A stretch of DNA of 64,000 nucleotides from Eledone cirrhosa (taxonomy: Eukaryota), in the NCBI GenBank assembly GCA_964016885.1, contig OZ024740.1:419306001-419370000 (forward strand), given 5' to 3'. The translations under genes were made by a program, and so were the position numbers. Positions 1-15,000 of this stretch are shown piece by piece (the stretch's first letter is position 1; each line of letters begins with the position of its first letter). Under the pieces are notes generated by a model. It was not told the DNA's origin, did no database searches, and saw nothing but the letters and a program-made list of their open reading frames with translations.

Positions 1-3000
1 TCATTACAAACAGTACCCTGTCTACCTTGTATGGTGGTAGTGCTGGTGCCATTACAAACAGTACCCTGTCCACCTTGTATGGAGGTAGTGCTAGTGCCAC
101 TACAAACAGTACCCTGTCCCACTTGTATGGAGGTAGTGCTGGTGCCACTACAAACAGTACCCTGTCCACCTTGTATGGAGGTAGTGCTGGTGCCACTACA
201 AACAGTACCCTGTCTACCTTGTATGGAGGTAGTACTAGTGCCACTACAATCAGTACCCTGTCCACCTTGTATGGAGGTAGTGCTAGTGCCATTACCAACA
301 GTACCCTGTCCACCTTGTATGGAGGTAGTGCTGGTGCCACTACAAACAGTACCCTGTCTACCTTGTATGGAGGTAGTACTAGTGCCACTACAATCAGTAC
401 CCTGTCCACCTTGTATGGAGGTAGTGCTAGTGCCATTACCAACAGTACCCTGTCCACCTTGTATGGAGTTAGTGCTAGTGCCACTACAAACAGTACCCTG
501 TCTACCTTGTATGGAGGTAGTGCTAGTGCCATTAAAAACAGTACCCTGTCTATATTGTATGGAGGTAGTGTGGTGCCACTACAAACAGTACCCTATCTAC
601 CTTGTATGGTGGTAGTGCTAGTACCACTACAAACAGTACCCTGTCCACCTTGTATGGTGGTAGTGCTAGTGCCATTACAAACAGTACCCTGTCCACCTTG
701 TATGGTGGTAGTGCTAGTGCCATTACAAACAGTACCCTGTCCACCTTATATAGAGGTAGTGCTGGTGCCACTACAAACAGTACCGTGTCTACCTTGTATG
801 GAGGTAGTGCTAGTGCCACTACAAACAGTACCCTGTCCACCTTGTATGGAGGTAGTGCTAGTGCCATTACAAACAGTACCCTGTCCACCTTGTATGGAGG
901 TAGTGCTAGTGCCACTACAAACAGTACCCTGTCCACCTTGTATGGAGGTAGTGCTAGTGCCACTACAAACAGTACTCTGTCCACCTTGTATGGTGGTAGT
1001 GTTAGTGCCATTACAAACAGTACCCTGTCCACCTTGTATGGAGGTAGTGTGGTGCCACTACAAACAGTACCCTGTCCACCTCGTATGGTGGTAGTGTTAG
1101 TGCCATTACAAACAGTACCCTGTACACCTTGTATGGAGGTAGTGTTAGTGCCACTACAAACAGTACCCTGTCTACCTTGTATGGTGGTAGTTCTATTGCC
1201 ACTACAATCAGTACCATGTCCATCTTGTATGGTGGTAGTGCTAGTGCCACTACAAACAGTACCCTGTCTACCTTGTATGGTGGTAGTGCTAGTGCCACTA
1301 CAATCAGTATCCTGTCCACCTTGTATGGTGGTAGTGCTAGTGCCACTACAAACAGTACCCTGTCCACCTTGTATGGAGGTAGTGTGGTGCCACTACAAAC
1401 AGTACCTTGTCTACCTTGTATGGAGGTAGTGCTAGTGCCACTACAATCAGTATCCTGTCCACCTTGTATGGAGGTAGTGTGGTGCCATTACAAACAGTAC
1501 CCTGTCCACCTTGTATGGAGGTAGTGCTAGTGCCACTACAAACAGTACCCTGTCCACCTTGTATGGAGGTAGTGCTAGTAATACTACAAACAGTACCCTG
1601 TCTACCTTGTATGGAGGTAGTGTTAGTGTCATTACAAACAGTACCCTGTCTACCTTGTATGGTGGTAGTGTAGTGCCATTACAAACAGTACCCTGTCCAC
1701 CTTGTATGGAGGTAGTGCTAGTGCCACTACAAACAGTACCCTGTCCACCTTGTATGGAGGTAGTGCTGGTGCCACTACAAACAGTACCCTGTCCACCTTG
1801 TATGGAGGTAGTGCTGGTGCCACTACAAACAGTACCCTGTCCACCTTGTATGGAGGTAGTGCTGCTGCCACTACAAACAGTACCCTGTCCACCTTGTATG
1901 GAGGTAGTGCTGGTGCCACTACAAACAGTACCCTGTCCACCTTGTATGGAGGTAGTGCTGGTGCCACTACAAACAGTACCCTGCCCACCTTGTATGGTGG
2001 TAGTGCTAGTGCCACTACAAACAGTACCCTGTCCACCTTGTATGGAGGTAGTGCTGGTGCCACTACAAACAGTACCCTGTCCACCTTGTATGGTGGTAGT
2101 GCTGGGGCCACTACAAACAGTACCATGTCTACCTTGTATGGAGGTAGTGTTGGTGCCACTATAAACAGTACCTTGTCTACCTTGTATGGAGGTAGTGCTA
2201 GTGCCATTACAAACAGTACCCTGTCCACATTGTATGGAGGTAGTGCTAGTGCCATTACAAACAGTACCCTGTCTACCTTGTATGGAGGTAGTGCTAGTGC
2301 CACTACAAACAGTACCCTGTCCACCTTGTATGGTGGTAGTGCTGGTGCCATTACAAACAGTACCCTGTCCACCTTGTATGGAGGTAGTGCTAGTGCCATT
2401 ACAAACAGTACCCTGTCCACTTTGTATGGAGGAAGTGTGGTGCCACTACAAACAGTACCCTGCCCACCTTGTATGGTGGTAGTGCTAGTGCCACTACAAA
2501 CAGTACCCTGTCTACCTTGTATGGTGGTAGTGCTAGTGCCACTACAAACAGTACCCTGTCTACCTTGTATGGAGGTAGTGCTAGTGCCACTACAAACAGT
2601 ACCCTGTCCACCTTGTATGGTGGTAGTGCTGGTGCCATTACAAACAGTACCCTGTCCACCTTGTATGGAGGTAGTGCTAGTGCCATTACAAACAGTACCC
2701 TGTCCACCTTGTATGGTGGTAGTGCTGGTGCCATTACAAACAGTACCCTGTCCACCTTGTATGGAGGTAGTGCTGGTGCCACTACAAACAGTACCCTGTC
2801 TACCTTGTATGGAGGTAGTACTAGTGCCACTACAATCAGTACCCTGTCCACCTTGTATGGAGGTAGTGCTAGTGCCACTACAAACAGTACCCTGTCTACC
2901 TTGTATGGAGGTAGTGCTAGTGCCATTACCAACAGTACCCTGTCCACCTTGTATGGTGGTAGTGCTAGTGCCACTACAAACAGTACCCTGTCCACCTTGT

Positions 3001-6000
3001 ATGGAGGTAGTGCTGGTGCAATTACAAACAGTACCATGTCCACCTTGTATGGAGGTAGTGTGGTGCCATTACAAACAGTACCCTGTCCACCTTGTATGGT
3101 GGTAGTGCTAGTGCCACTACAAACAGTACCCTGTCCACCTTGTATGGAGGTAGTGCTGGTGCAATTACAAACAGTACCCTGTCCACCTTGTATGGAGGTA
3201 GTGTGGTGCCACTACAAACAGTACCCTGTCCACCTTGTATGGAGGTAGTGTGGTGCCATTACAAACAGTACCCTGTCCACCTTGTATGGAGGTAGTGTGG
3301 TGCCATTACAAACAGTACCCTGTCCACCTTGTATGGAGGTAGTGTTAGTGCCACTACAAACAGTACCCTGTCCACCTTGTATGGAGGTAGTGTGGTGCCA
3401 TTACAAACAGTACCCTGTCCACCTTGTATGGAGGTAGTGTTAGTGCCACTACAAACAGTACCCTGTCCACCTTGTATGGAGGTAGTGTGGTGCCATTACA
3501 AACAGTACCCTGTCCACCTTGTATGGAGGTAGTGTAGTGCCATTACAAACAGTACCCTGTCTACCTTGTATGGAGGTAGTGCTAGTGCCAATACAAACAG
3601 TACCCTGTCCACCTTGTATGGTGGTAGTGTTAGTGTCATTACAAACAGTACCCTGTCTACCTTGTATGGTGGTAGTGCTGGTGCCATTACAAACAGTACC
3701 CTGTCCACCTTGTATGGAGGTAGTGCTAGTGCCACTACAAACAGTACCCTGTCCACCTTGTATGGAGGTAGTGCTAGTGCCACTACAAACAGTACCCTGT
3801 CTACCTTGTATGGAGGTAGTACTAGTGCCACTACAATCAGTACCCTGTCCACCTTGTATGGAGGTAGTGCTGGTGCCATTACCAACAGTACCCTGTCCAC
3901 CTTGTATGGAGGTAGTGCTGGTGCCACTACAAACAGTACCCTGTCTACCTTGTATGGTGGTAGTGCTAGTGCCACTACAAACAGTACCCTGTCCACCTTG
4001 TATGGAGGTAGTGTTAGTGTCATTACAAACAGTACCCTGTCCACCTTGTATGGAGGTAGTGTGGTGCCATTACAAACAGTACCCTGTCCACCTTGTATGG
4101 AGGTAGTGTGGTGCAATTACAAACAGTACCCTGTCCACCTTGTATGGAGGTAGTGTGGTGCCATTACAAACAGTACCCTGTCTACCTTGTATGGAGGTAG
4201 TGCTAGTACCACTACAAACAGTACCCTGTCTACCTTGTATGGTGGTAGTGCTGGTGCCATTACAAGCAGTACCCTGTCCACCTTGTATGGAGGTAGTGCT
4301 GGTGCAATTACAAACAGTACCCTGTCCACCTTGTATGGAGGTAGTGTGGTGCCATTACAAACAGTACCCTGTCCACCTTGTATGGTGGTAGTGTGGGGCC
4401 ATTACAAACAGTACCCTGTCCACCTTGTATGGTGGTAGTGTGGGGCCATTACAAACAGTACCCTGTCTACCTTGTATGGAGGTAGTGCTAGTGCCACTAC
4501 AATCAGTACCCTGTCTACCTTGTATGGAGGTAGTGCTAATTCCACTACAAACAGTACCCTGTCCACCTTGTATGGAGGTAGTGTGGTGCCACTACAAACA
4601 GTACCCTGTCTACCTTGTATGGTTGTAGTGTTAGTGCCACTACAAACAGTACCCTGTCCACCTTGTATGGAGGTAGTGTGGTGCCATTACAAACAGTACC
4701 CTGTCCACCTTTTATGGAAGTAGTGTGGTGCCAATACAAACAGTACCCTGTCCACCTTGTATGGTGGTAGTGCTAGTAATACTACAAACAGTACCCTGTC
4801 TACCTTGTATGGAGGTAGTGTTAGTGTCATTACAAACAGTACCCTGTCTACCTTGTATGGTGGTAGTGCTGGTGCCATTACAAACAGTACCCTGTCCACC
4901 TTGTATGGAGGTAGTGCTAGTGCCACTACAAACAGTACCCTGTCCACCTTGTATGGAGGTAGTGCTGGTGCCACTACAAACAGTACCCTGTCCACCTTGT
5001 ATGGAGGTAGTGCTGGTGCCACTACAAACAGTACCCTGTCTACCTTGTATGGAGGTAGTACTAGTGCCACTACAATCAGTACCCTGTCCACCTTGTATGG
5101 AGGTAGTGCTAGTGCCACTACAAACAGTACCCTGTCCACCTTGTATGGAGGTAGTGTGGTGCCATTACAAACAGTACCCTGTCCACCTTGTATGGAGGTA
5201 GTGTGGTGCAATTACAAACAGTACCCTGTCCACCTTGTATGGAGGTAGTGCTGGTGCCACTACAAACAGTACCCTGTCCACCTTGTATGGAGGTAGTGCT
5301 GCTGCCACTACAAACAGTACCCTGTCCACCTTGTATGGTGGTAGTGCTAGTGCCACTACAAACAGTACCCTGTCCACCTTGTATGGAGGTAGTGTGGTGC
5401 CATTACAAACAGTACCCTGTCCACCTTGTATGGAGGTAGTGTGGTGCCATTACAAACAGTACCCTGTCTACCTTGTATGGAGGTAGTGCTAGTGCCATTA
5501 CCAACAGTACCCTGTCCACCTTGTATGGTGGTAGTGCTAGTGCCACCAGAAACAGTACCCTGTCCACCTTGTATGGAGGTAGTGCTAGTGCCACTACAAT
5601 CAGTACCCTGTCCACCTTGTATGGAGGTAGTGTGGTGCCATTACAAACAGTACCCTGTCCACCTTGTATGGAGGTAGTGTGGTGCCATTACAAACAGTAC
5701 CCTGTCCACCTTGTATGGAGGTAGTGTGGTGCCATTACAAACAGTACCCTGTCCACCTTGTATGGAGGTAGTGTGGTGCAATTACAAACAGTACCCTGTC
5801 CACCTTGTATGGAGGTAGTGTGGTGCCATTACAAACAGTACCCTGTCCACCTTGTATGGAGGTAGTGTGGTGCCATTACAAACAGTACCCTGTCCACCTT
5901 GTATGGAGGTAGTGTGGTGCAATTACAAACAGTACCCTGTCCACCTTGTATGGAGGTAGTGTGGTGCCATTACAAACAGTACCCTGTCCACCTTGTATGG

Positions 6001-9000
6001 AGGTAGTGTGGTGCCATTACAAACAGTACCCTGTCCACCTTGTATGGAGGTAGTGTGGTGCCATTACAAACAGTACCCTGTCCACCTTGTATGGAGGTAG
6101 TGTGGTGCCATTACCAACAGTACCCTGTCCACCTTGTATGGTGGTAGTGCTAGTGCCACTACAAACAGTACCCTGTCCACCTTGTATGGAGGTAGTGTGG
6201 TGCAATTACAAACAGTACCCTGTCCACCTTGTATGGAGGTAGTGTGGTGCCATTACAAACAGTACCCTGTCCACCTTGTATGGTGGTAGTGTGGGGCCAT
6301 TACAAACAGTACCCTGTCCACCTTGTATGGAGGTAGTGCTAATTCCACTACAAACAGTACCCTGTCCACCTTGTATGGAGGTAGTGCTAGTGCCACTACA
6401 AACAGTACCCTGTCCACCTTGTATGGAGGTAGTGCTAATTCCACTACAAACAGTACCCTGTCTACCTTGTATGGAAGTAGTGTGGTGCCAATACAAACAG
6501 TACCCTGTCCACCTTGTATGGTGGTAGTGCTAGTAATACTACAAACAGTACCCTGTCTACCTTGTATGGAGGTAGTGTTAGTGTCATTACAAACAGTACC
6601 CTGTCTACCTTGTATGGTGGTAGTGCTGGTGCCATTACAAACAGTACCCTGTCCACCTTGTATGGAGGTAGTGCTAGTGCCACTACAAACAGTACCATGT
6701 CTACCTTGTATGGAGGTAGTGCTGGTGCCACTACAAACAGTACCCTGTCCACCTTGTATGGAGGTAGTGCTGGTGCCACTACAAACAGTACCCTGTCCAC
6801 CTTGTATGGTGGTAGTGCTGGTGCCACTACAAACAGTACCATGTCTACCTTGTATGGAGGTAGTGTTGGTGCCACTATAAACAGTACCTTGTCTACCTTG
6901 TATGGTGGCAGTGTGGTGCCACTACAAACAGTACCCTGTCCACCTTGTATGGTGGTAGTGCTAGTAATACTACAAACAGTACCCTGTCTACCTTGTATGG
7001 AGGTAGTGTTAGTGTCATTACAAACAGTACCCTGTCTACCTTGTATGGTGGTAGTGCTGGTGCCATTACAAACAGTACCCTGTCCACCTTGTATGGAGGT
7101 AGTGCTAGTGCCACTACAAACAGCACCCTGTCCACCTTGTATGGAGGTAGTGTGGTGCCATTACAAACAGTACCCGGTCTACCTTGTATGGAGGTAGTGC
7201 TAGTGCCACTACAAACAGTACCCTGTCCACCTTGTATGGTGGTAGTGCTAGTGCCATTACAAACAGTACCCTGTCCACATTGTATGGAGGTAGTGCTGGT
7301 GCCATTACAAACAGTACCCTGTCTACCTTGTATGGAGGTAGTGCTAGTGCCACTACAAACAGTACCCTGTCCACCTTGTATGGTGGTAGTGCTGGTGCCA
7401 TTACAAACAGTACCCTGTCCACCTTGTATGGAGGTAGTGCTAGTGCCATTACAAACAGTACCCTGTCCACTTTGTATGGAGGAAGTGTGGTGCCACTACA
7501 AACAGTACCCTGCCCACCTTGTATGGTGGTAGTGCTAGTGCCACTACAAACAGTACCCTGTCTACCTTGTATGGTGGTAGTGCTAGTGCCACTACAAACA
7601 GTACCCTGTCTACCTTGTATGGAGGTAGTGCTAGTGCCACTACAAACAGTACCCTGCCTACCTTGTATGGAGGTAGTGCTAGTGCCACTACAAACAGTAC
7701 CCTGTCCACCTTGTATGGTGGTAGTGCTGGTGCCATTACAAACAGTACCCTGTCCACCTTGTATGGAGGTAGTGCTGGTGCCACTACAAACAGTACCCTG
7801 TCTACCTTGTATGGTGGTAGTGCTAGTGCCACTACAAACAGTACCCTGTCTACCTTGTATGGAGGTAGTGCTAGTGCCACTACAAACAGTACCCTGTCCA
7901 CCTTGTATGGTGGTAGTGCTGGTGCCATTACAAACAGTACCCTGTCTACCTTGTATGGTGGTAGTGCTAGTGCCACTACAAACAGTACCCTGTCTACCTT
8001 GTATGGTGGTAGTGCTGGTGCCATTACAAACAGTACCCTGTCTACCTTGTATGGAGGTAGTGCTGGTGCCATTACAAACAGTACCCTGTCTACCTTGTAT
8101 GGAGGTAGTGCTGGTGCCACTACAAACAGTACCCTGTCCACATTGTATGGAGGTAGTGCTGGTGCCATTACAAACAGTACCCTGTCTACCTTGTATGGAG
8201 GTAGTGCTGGTGCCACTACAAACAGTACCCTGTCCACATTGTATGGAGGTAGTGCTGGTGCCACTACAAACAGTACCCTGTCTACCTTGTATGGAAGTAG
8301 TATTAGTGCCACTACAAACAGTACCCTGTCCACCTTGTATGGAGGTAGTGCTAGTGCCATTACAAACAGTACCCTGTCCACTTTGTATGGAGGAAGTGTG
8401 GTGCCACTACAAACAGTACCCTGTCTACCTTGTATGGAGGTAGTATTAGTGCCACTACAAACAGTACCCTGTCCACCTTGTATGGAGGTAGTGCTAGTGC
8501 CACTACAAACAGTACCCTGTCCACCTTGTATGGTGCTAGTGCTAGTGCCACTACAAACAGTACCCTGTCTACCTTGTATGGAGGTAGTGCTAGTGCCACT
8601 ACAAACAGTATCCTGTCCACCTTGTATGGAGGTAGTGCTGGTGCCACTACAAACAGTACCCTGTCCACCCTGTATGGAGGTAGTGCTAGTGCCACTACAA
8701 ACAGTACCCTGTCCACCTTGTATGGAGGTAGTGCTAGTGCCATTACAAACAGTACCCTGTCCACTTTGTATGGAGGTAGTGCTGGTGCCACTACAAACAG
8801 TACCCTGTCCACCTTGTATGGAGGTAGTGCTAGTGCCACTACAAACAGTACCCTGTCCACCTTGTATGGAGGTAGTGCTGGTGCCATTACAAACAGTACC
8901 CTGTCCACCTTGTATGGAGGTAGTGCTAGTGCCACTACAAACAGTACCCTGTCCACCTTGTATGGAGGTAGTGCTGGTGCCACTACAAACAGTACCCTGT

Positions 9001-12000
9001 CTACCTTGTATGGAGGTAGTGTTAGTGCCATTACAAACAGTACCCTGTCCACCTTGTATGGTGGTAGTGCTAGTGCCATTACAAATAGTACCCTGTCCAC
9101 CTTGTATGGTGGTAGTGCTAGTGCCACTACAAACAGTACCCTGTCTACCTTGTATGGAGGTAGTGCTGGTGCAATTACAAACAGTACCCTGTCCACCTTG
9201 TATGGTGGTAGTGTGGGGCCATTACAAACAGTACCCTGTCCACCTTGTATGGAGGTAGTGCTAATTCCACTACAAACAGTACCCTGTCCACCTTGTATGG
9301 AGGTAGTGTGGTGCCACTACAAACAGTACCCTGTCTACCTTGTATGGAGGTAGTGCTAGTGCCACTACAAACAGTACCCTGTCCACCTTGTATGGTGGTA
9401 GTGCTGGTGCCATTACAAACAGTACCCTGTCCACCTTGTATGGAGGTAGTGCTGGTGCCACTATAAACAGTACCTTGTCTACCTTGTATGGAGGTAGTGC
9501 TAGTGCCATTACAAACAGTACCCTGTCCACCTTGTATGGAGGTAGTGCTGGTGCCACTATAAACAGTACCTTGTCTACCTTGTATGGAGGTAGTGCTAGT
9601 GCCATTACAAACAGTACCCTGTCCACCTTGTATGGAGGTAGTGCTAGTGCCATTACAAACAGTACCCTGTCCACTTTGTATGGAGGAAGTGTGGTGCCAC
9701 TACAAACAGTACCCTGCCCACCTTGTATGGTGGTAGTGCTAGTGCCACTACAAACAGTACCCTGTCTACCTTGTATGGTGGTAGTGCTAGTGCCACTACA
9801 AACAGTACCCTGTCTACCTTGTATGGAGGTAGTGCTAGTGCCACTACAAACAGTACCCTGTCTACCTTGTATGGAGGTAGTGCTAGTGCCACTACAAACA
9901 GTACCCTGTCCACCTTGTATGGTGGTAGTGCTGGTGCCATTACAAACAGTACCCTGTCCACCTTGTATGGAGGTAGTGCTGGTGCCACTACAAACAGTAC
10001 CCTGTCTACCTTGTATGGTGGTAGTGCTAGTGCCACTACAAACAGTACCCTGTCTACCTTGTATGGAGGTAATGCTAGTGCCACTACAAACAGTACCCTG
10101 TCCACCTTGTATGGTGGTAGTGCTGGTGCCATTACAAATAGTACCCTGTCCACCTTGTATGGAGGTAGTGCTGGTGCCACTACAAACAGTACCCTGTCTA
10201 CCTTGTATGGAGGTAGTGCTAGTGCCACTACAATCAGTACCCTGTCCACCTTGTATGGAGGTAGTGCTAGTGCCACTACAAACAGTACCCTGTCTAGCTT
10301 GTATGGAGGTAGTGCTAGTGCCATTACCAACAGTACCCTGTCCACCTTGTATGGTGGTAGTGCTAGTGCCACTACAAACAGTACCCTGTCCACCTTGTAT
10401 GGAGGTAGTGCTGGTGCAATTACAAACAGTACCATGTCCACCTTGTATGGAGGTAGTGTGGGGCCATTACAAACAGTACCCTGTCCACCTTGTATGGAGG
10501 TAGTGCTAATTCCACTACAAACAGTACCCTGTCCACCTTGTATGGAGGTAGTGTGGTGCCACTACAAACAGTACCCTGTCTACCTTGTATGGTGGTAGTG
10601 TAGTGCCATTACAAACAGTACCCTGTCCACCTTGTATGGAGGTAGTGCTACTGCCACTACAAACAGTACCCTGTCCACCTTGTATGGAGGTAGTGTGGTG
10701 CCACTACAAACAGTACCCTGTCTACCTTGTATGGTGGTAGTGTTAGTGCTACTACAAACAGTACCCTGTCTACCTTGTATGGAAGTAGTGTGGTGCCAAT
10801 ACAAACAGTACCCTGTCCACCTTGTATGGTGGTAGTGCTAGTAGTACTACAAACAGTACCCTGTCTACCTTGTATGGAGGTAGTGTTAGTGTCATTACAA
10901 ACAGTACCCTGTCTACCTTGTATGGTGGTAGTGTAGTGCCATTACAAACAGTACCCTGTCCACCTTGTACGGTGGTAGTGCTACTGCCACTACAATCAGT
11001 ACCCTGTCTACCTTGTATGGAGGTAGTGCTAGTGCCACTACAAACAGTACCCTGTCCACCTTGTATGGAGGTAGTGCTGGTGCCACTACAAACAGTACCC
11101 TGTCCACCTTGTATGGAGGTAGTGCTGGTGCCACTACAAACAGTACCCTGTCCACGTTGTATGGTGGTAGTGCTGGTGCCACTACAAACAGTACCATGTC
11201 TACCTTGTATGGAGGTAGTGTTGGTGCCACTATAAACAGTACCTTGTCTACCTTGTATGGTGGTAGTGCTGCTGCCACTACAAACAGTACCCTGTCCACC
11301 TTGTATGGAGGTAGTGTGGTGCCATTACAAACAGTACCCTGTCCACATTGTATGGAGGTAGTGCTGGTGCCATTACAAACAGTACCCTGTCTACCTTGTA
11401 TGAGGTAGTGCTAGTGCCACTACAAACAGTACCCTGTCCACCTTGTATGGTGGTAGTGCTGGTGCCATTACAAACAGTACCCTGTCCACCTTGTATGGAG
11501 GTAGTGCTAGTGCCATTACAAACAGTACCCTGTCCACTTTGTATGGAGGAAGTGTGGTGCCACTACAAACAGTACCCTGCCCACCTTGTATGGTGGTAGT
11601 GCTAGTGCCACTACAAACAGTACCCTGTCTACCTTGTATGGTGGTAGTGCTAGTGCCACTACAAACTACCCTGTCTACCTTGTATGGAGGTAGTGCTAGT
11701 GCCACTATAAACAGTACCCTGTCTACCTTGTATGGAGGTAGTGCTAGTGCCACTACAAACTACCCTGTCTACCTTGTATGGAGGTAGTGCTAGTGCCACT
11801 ACAAACAGTACCCTGTCCACCTTGTATGGTGGTAGTGCTGGTGCCATTACAAACAGTACCCTGTCCACCTTGTATGGAGGTAGTGCTGGTGCCACTACAA
11901 ACAGTACCCTGTCTACCTTGTATGGAGGTAGTGCTAGTGCCACTACAAACAGTACCCTGTCCACCTTGTATGGTGGTAGTGCTGGTGCCATTACAAACAG

Positions 12001-15000
12001 TACCCTGTCTACCTTGTATGGAGGTAGTGCTGGTGCCATTACAAACAGTACCCTGTCTACCTTGTATGGCGGTAGTGCTGGTGCCACTACAAACAGTACC
12101 CTGTCCACATTGTATGGAGGTAGTGCTGGTGCCATTACAAACAGTACCCTGTCTACCTTGTATGGAGGTAGTATTAGTGCCACTACAAACAGTACCCTGT
12201 CCACCTTGTATGGAGGTAGTGCTAGTGCCATTACAAACAGTACCCTGTCCACTTTGTATGGAGGAAGTGTGGTGCCACTACAAACAGTACCCTCCCCACC
12301 TTGTATGGAGGTAGTGCTAGTGCCACTACAAACAATACCCTGTCCACCTTGTATGGAGGTAGTGCTGGTGCCACTACAAACAGTACCCTGTCTACCTTGT
12401 ATGGAGGTAGTGCTGGTGCCACTACAAACAGTACCCTGTCCACCTTGTATGGAGGTAGTGCTAGTGCCATTACAAACAGTACCCTGTCCACCTTGTATGG
12501 AGGTAGTGCTGGTGCCACTACAAACAGTACCCTGTCCACCTTGTATGGAGGTAGTGCTAGTGCCACTACAAACAGTACCCTGCCCACCTTGTATGGAGGT
12601 AGTGCTAGTGCCACTACAAACAGTACCCTGTCCACCTTGTATGGAGGTAGTGCTAGTGCCATTACAAACAGTACCCTGTCCACCTTGTATGGAGGTAGTG
12701 CTGGTGCCACTACAAACAGTACCCTGTCTACCTTGTATGGTGGTAGTGCTAGTGCCACTACAAACAGTACCCTGTCCACCTTGTATGGAGGTAGTGCTAG
12801 TGCCACTACAAACAGTACCCTGTCTACCTTGTATGGTGGTAGTGCTGGTGCCACTACAAACAGTACCCTGTCTACCTTGTATGGAGGTAGTGTTAGTGCC
12901 ATTACAAACAGTACCCTGTCCACCTTGTATGGAGGTAGTGCTGGTGCCACTACAAACAGTACCCTGTCTACCTTGTATGGTGGTAGTGCTGGTGCCACTA
13001 CAAACAGTACCCTGTCCACCTTGTATGGAGGTAGTGCTAGTGCCACTACAAACAGTACCCTGTCTACCTTGTATGGTGGTAGTGCTGGTGCCACTACAAA
13101 CAGTACCCTGTCTACCTTGTATGGAGGTAGTGTTAGTGCCATTACAAACAGTACCCTGTCCACCTTGTATGGAGGTAGTGCTGGTGCCACTACAAACAGT
13201 ACCCTGTCCACCTTGTATGGTGGTAGTGCTAGTGCCACTACAAACAGTATCCTGTCCACCTTGTATGGAGGTAGTGCTGGTGCCACTACAAACAGTACCC
13301 TGTCTACCTTGTATGGTGGTAGTGCTGGTGCCACTACAAACAGTACCCTGTCTACCTTGTATGGAGGTAGTGTTAGTGCCATTACAAACAGTACCCTGTC
13401 CACCTTGTATGGAGGTAGTACTAGTGCCACTACAAACAGTACCCTGTCCACCTTGTATGGTGGTAGTGCTAGTGCCATTACAAATAGTACCCTGTCCACC
13501 TTGTATGGTGGTAGTGCTAGTGCCACTACAAACAGTACCCTGTCCACCTTGTATGGAGGTAGTGCTGGTGCCATTACAAACAGTACCCTGTCCACCTTGT
13601 ATGGTGGTAGTGCTAGTGCCATTACAAATAGTACCCTGTCCACCTTGTATGGTGGTAGTGCTAGTGCCACTACAAACAGTACCCTGTCCACCTTGTATGG
13701 AGGTAGTGCTGGTGCCATTACAAACAGTACCCTGTCCACCTTGTATGGAGGTAGTGCTAGTGCCACTACAAACAGTACCCTGTCCACCTTGTATGGTGGT
13801 AGTGCTAGTGCCATTACAAACAGTACCCTGTCCACCTTGTATGGAGGTAGTGCTAGTGCCATTACAAACAGTACCCTGTCCACCTTGTATGGAGGTAGTG
13901 CTGGTGCCATTACAAACAGTACCCTGTCCACCTTGTATGGTGGTAGTGCTAGTGCCATTACAAACAGTACCCTGTCCACCTTGTATGGTGGTAGTGCTGG
14001 TGCCACTACAAACAGTACCCTGTCCACCTTGTATGGTGGTAGTGCTAGTGCCATTACAAACAGTACCCTGTCCACCTTGTATGGAGGTAGTGCTGGTGCC
14101 ATTACAAACAGTACCCTGTCCACCTTGTATGGTGGTAGTGCTAGTGCCATTACAAACAGTACCCTGTCCACCTTGTATGGTGGTAGTGCTAGTGCCATTA
14201 CAAACAGTACCCTGTCCACCTTGTATGGAGGTAGTGCTGGTGCCATTACAAACAGTACCCTGTCCACCTTGTATGGTGGTAGTGCTAGTGCCATTACAAA
14301 CAGTACCCTGTCCACCTTGTATGGAGGTAGTGCTGGTGCCATTACAAACAGTACCCTGTCCACCTTGTATGGTGGTAGTGCTAGTGCCATTACAAACAGT
14401 ACCCTGTCCACCTTGTATGGTGGTAGTGCTAGTGCCATTACAAACAGTACCCTGTCCACCTTGTATGGAGGTAGTGCTGGTGCCATTACAAACAGTACCC
14501 TGTCCACCTTGTATGGTGGTAGTGCTAGTGCCATTACAAACAGTACCCTGTCCACCTTGTATGGAGGTAGTGCTAGTGCCACTACAAACAGTACCCTGTC
14601 CACCTTGTATGGTGGTAGTGCTAGTGCCATTACAAACAGTACCCTGTCCACCTTGTATGGAGGTAGTGCTAGTGCCACTACAAACAGTACCCTGTCCACC
14701 TTGTATGGTGGTAGTGCTAGTGCCATTACAAACAGTACCCTGTCCACCTTGTATGGTGGTAGTGCTAGTGCCCTTACAAACAGTACCCTGTCCACCTTGT
14801 ATGGAGGTAGTGCTGGTGCCATTACAAACAGTACCCTGTCCACCTTGTATGGTGGTAGTGCTAGTGCCATTACAAACAGTACCCTGTCCACCTTGTATGG
14901 AGGTAGTGCTGGTTACATTACAAACAGTACCCTGTCCACCTTGTATGGTGGTAGTGCTAGTGCCATTACAAACAGTACCCTGTCCACCTTGTATGGAGGT

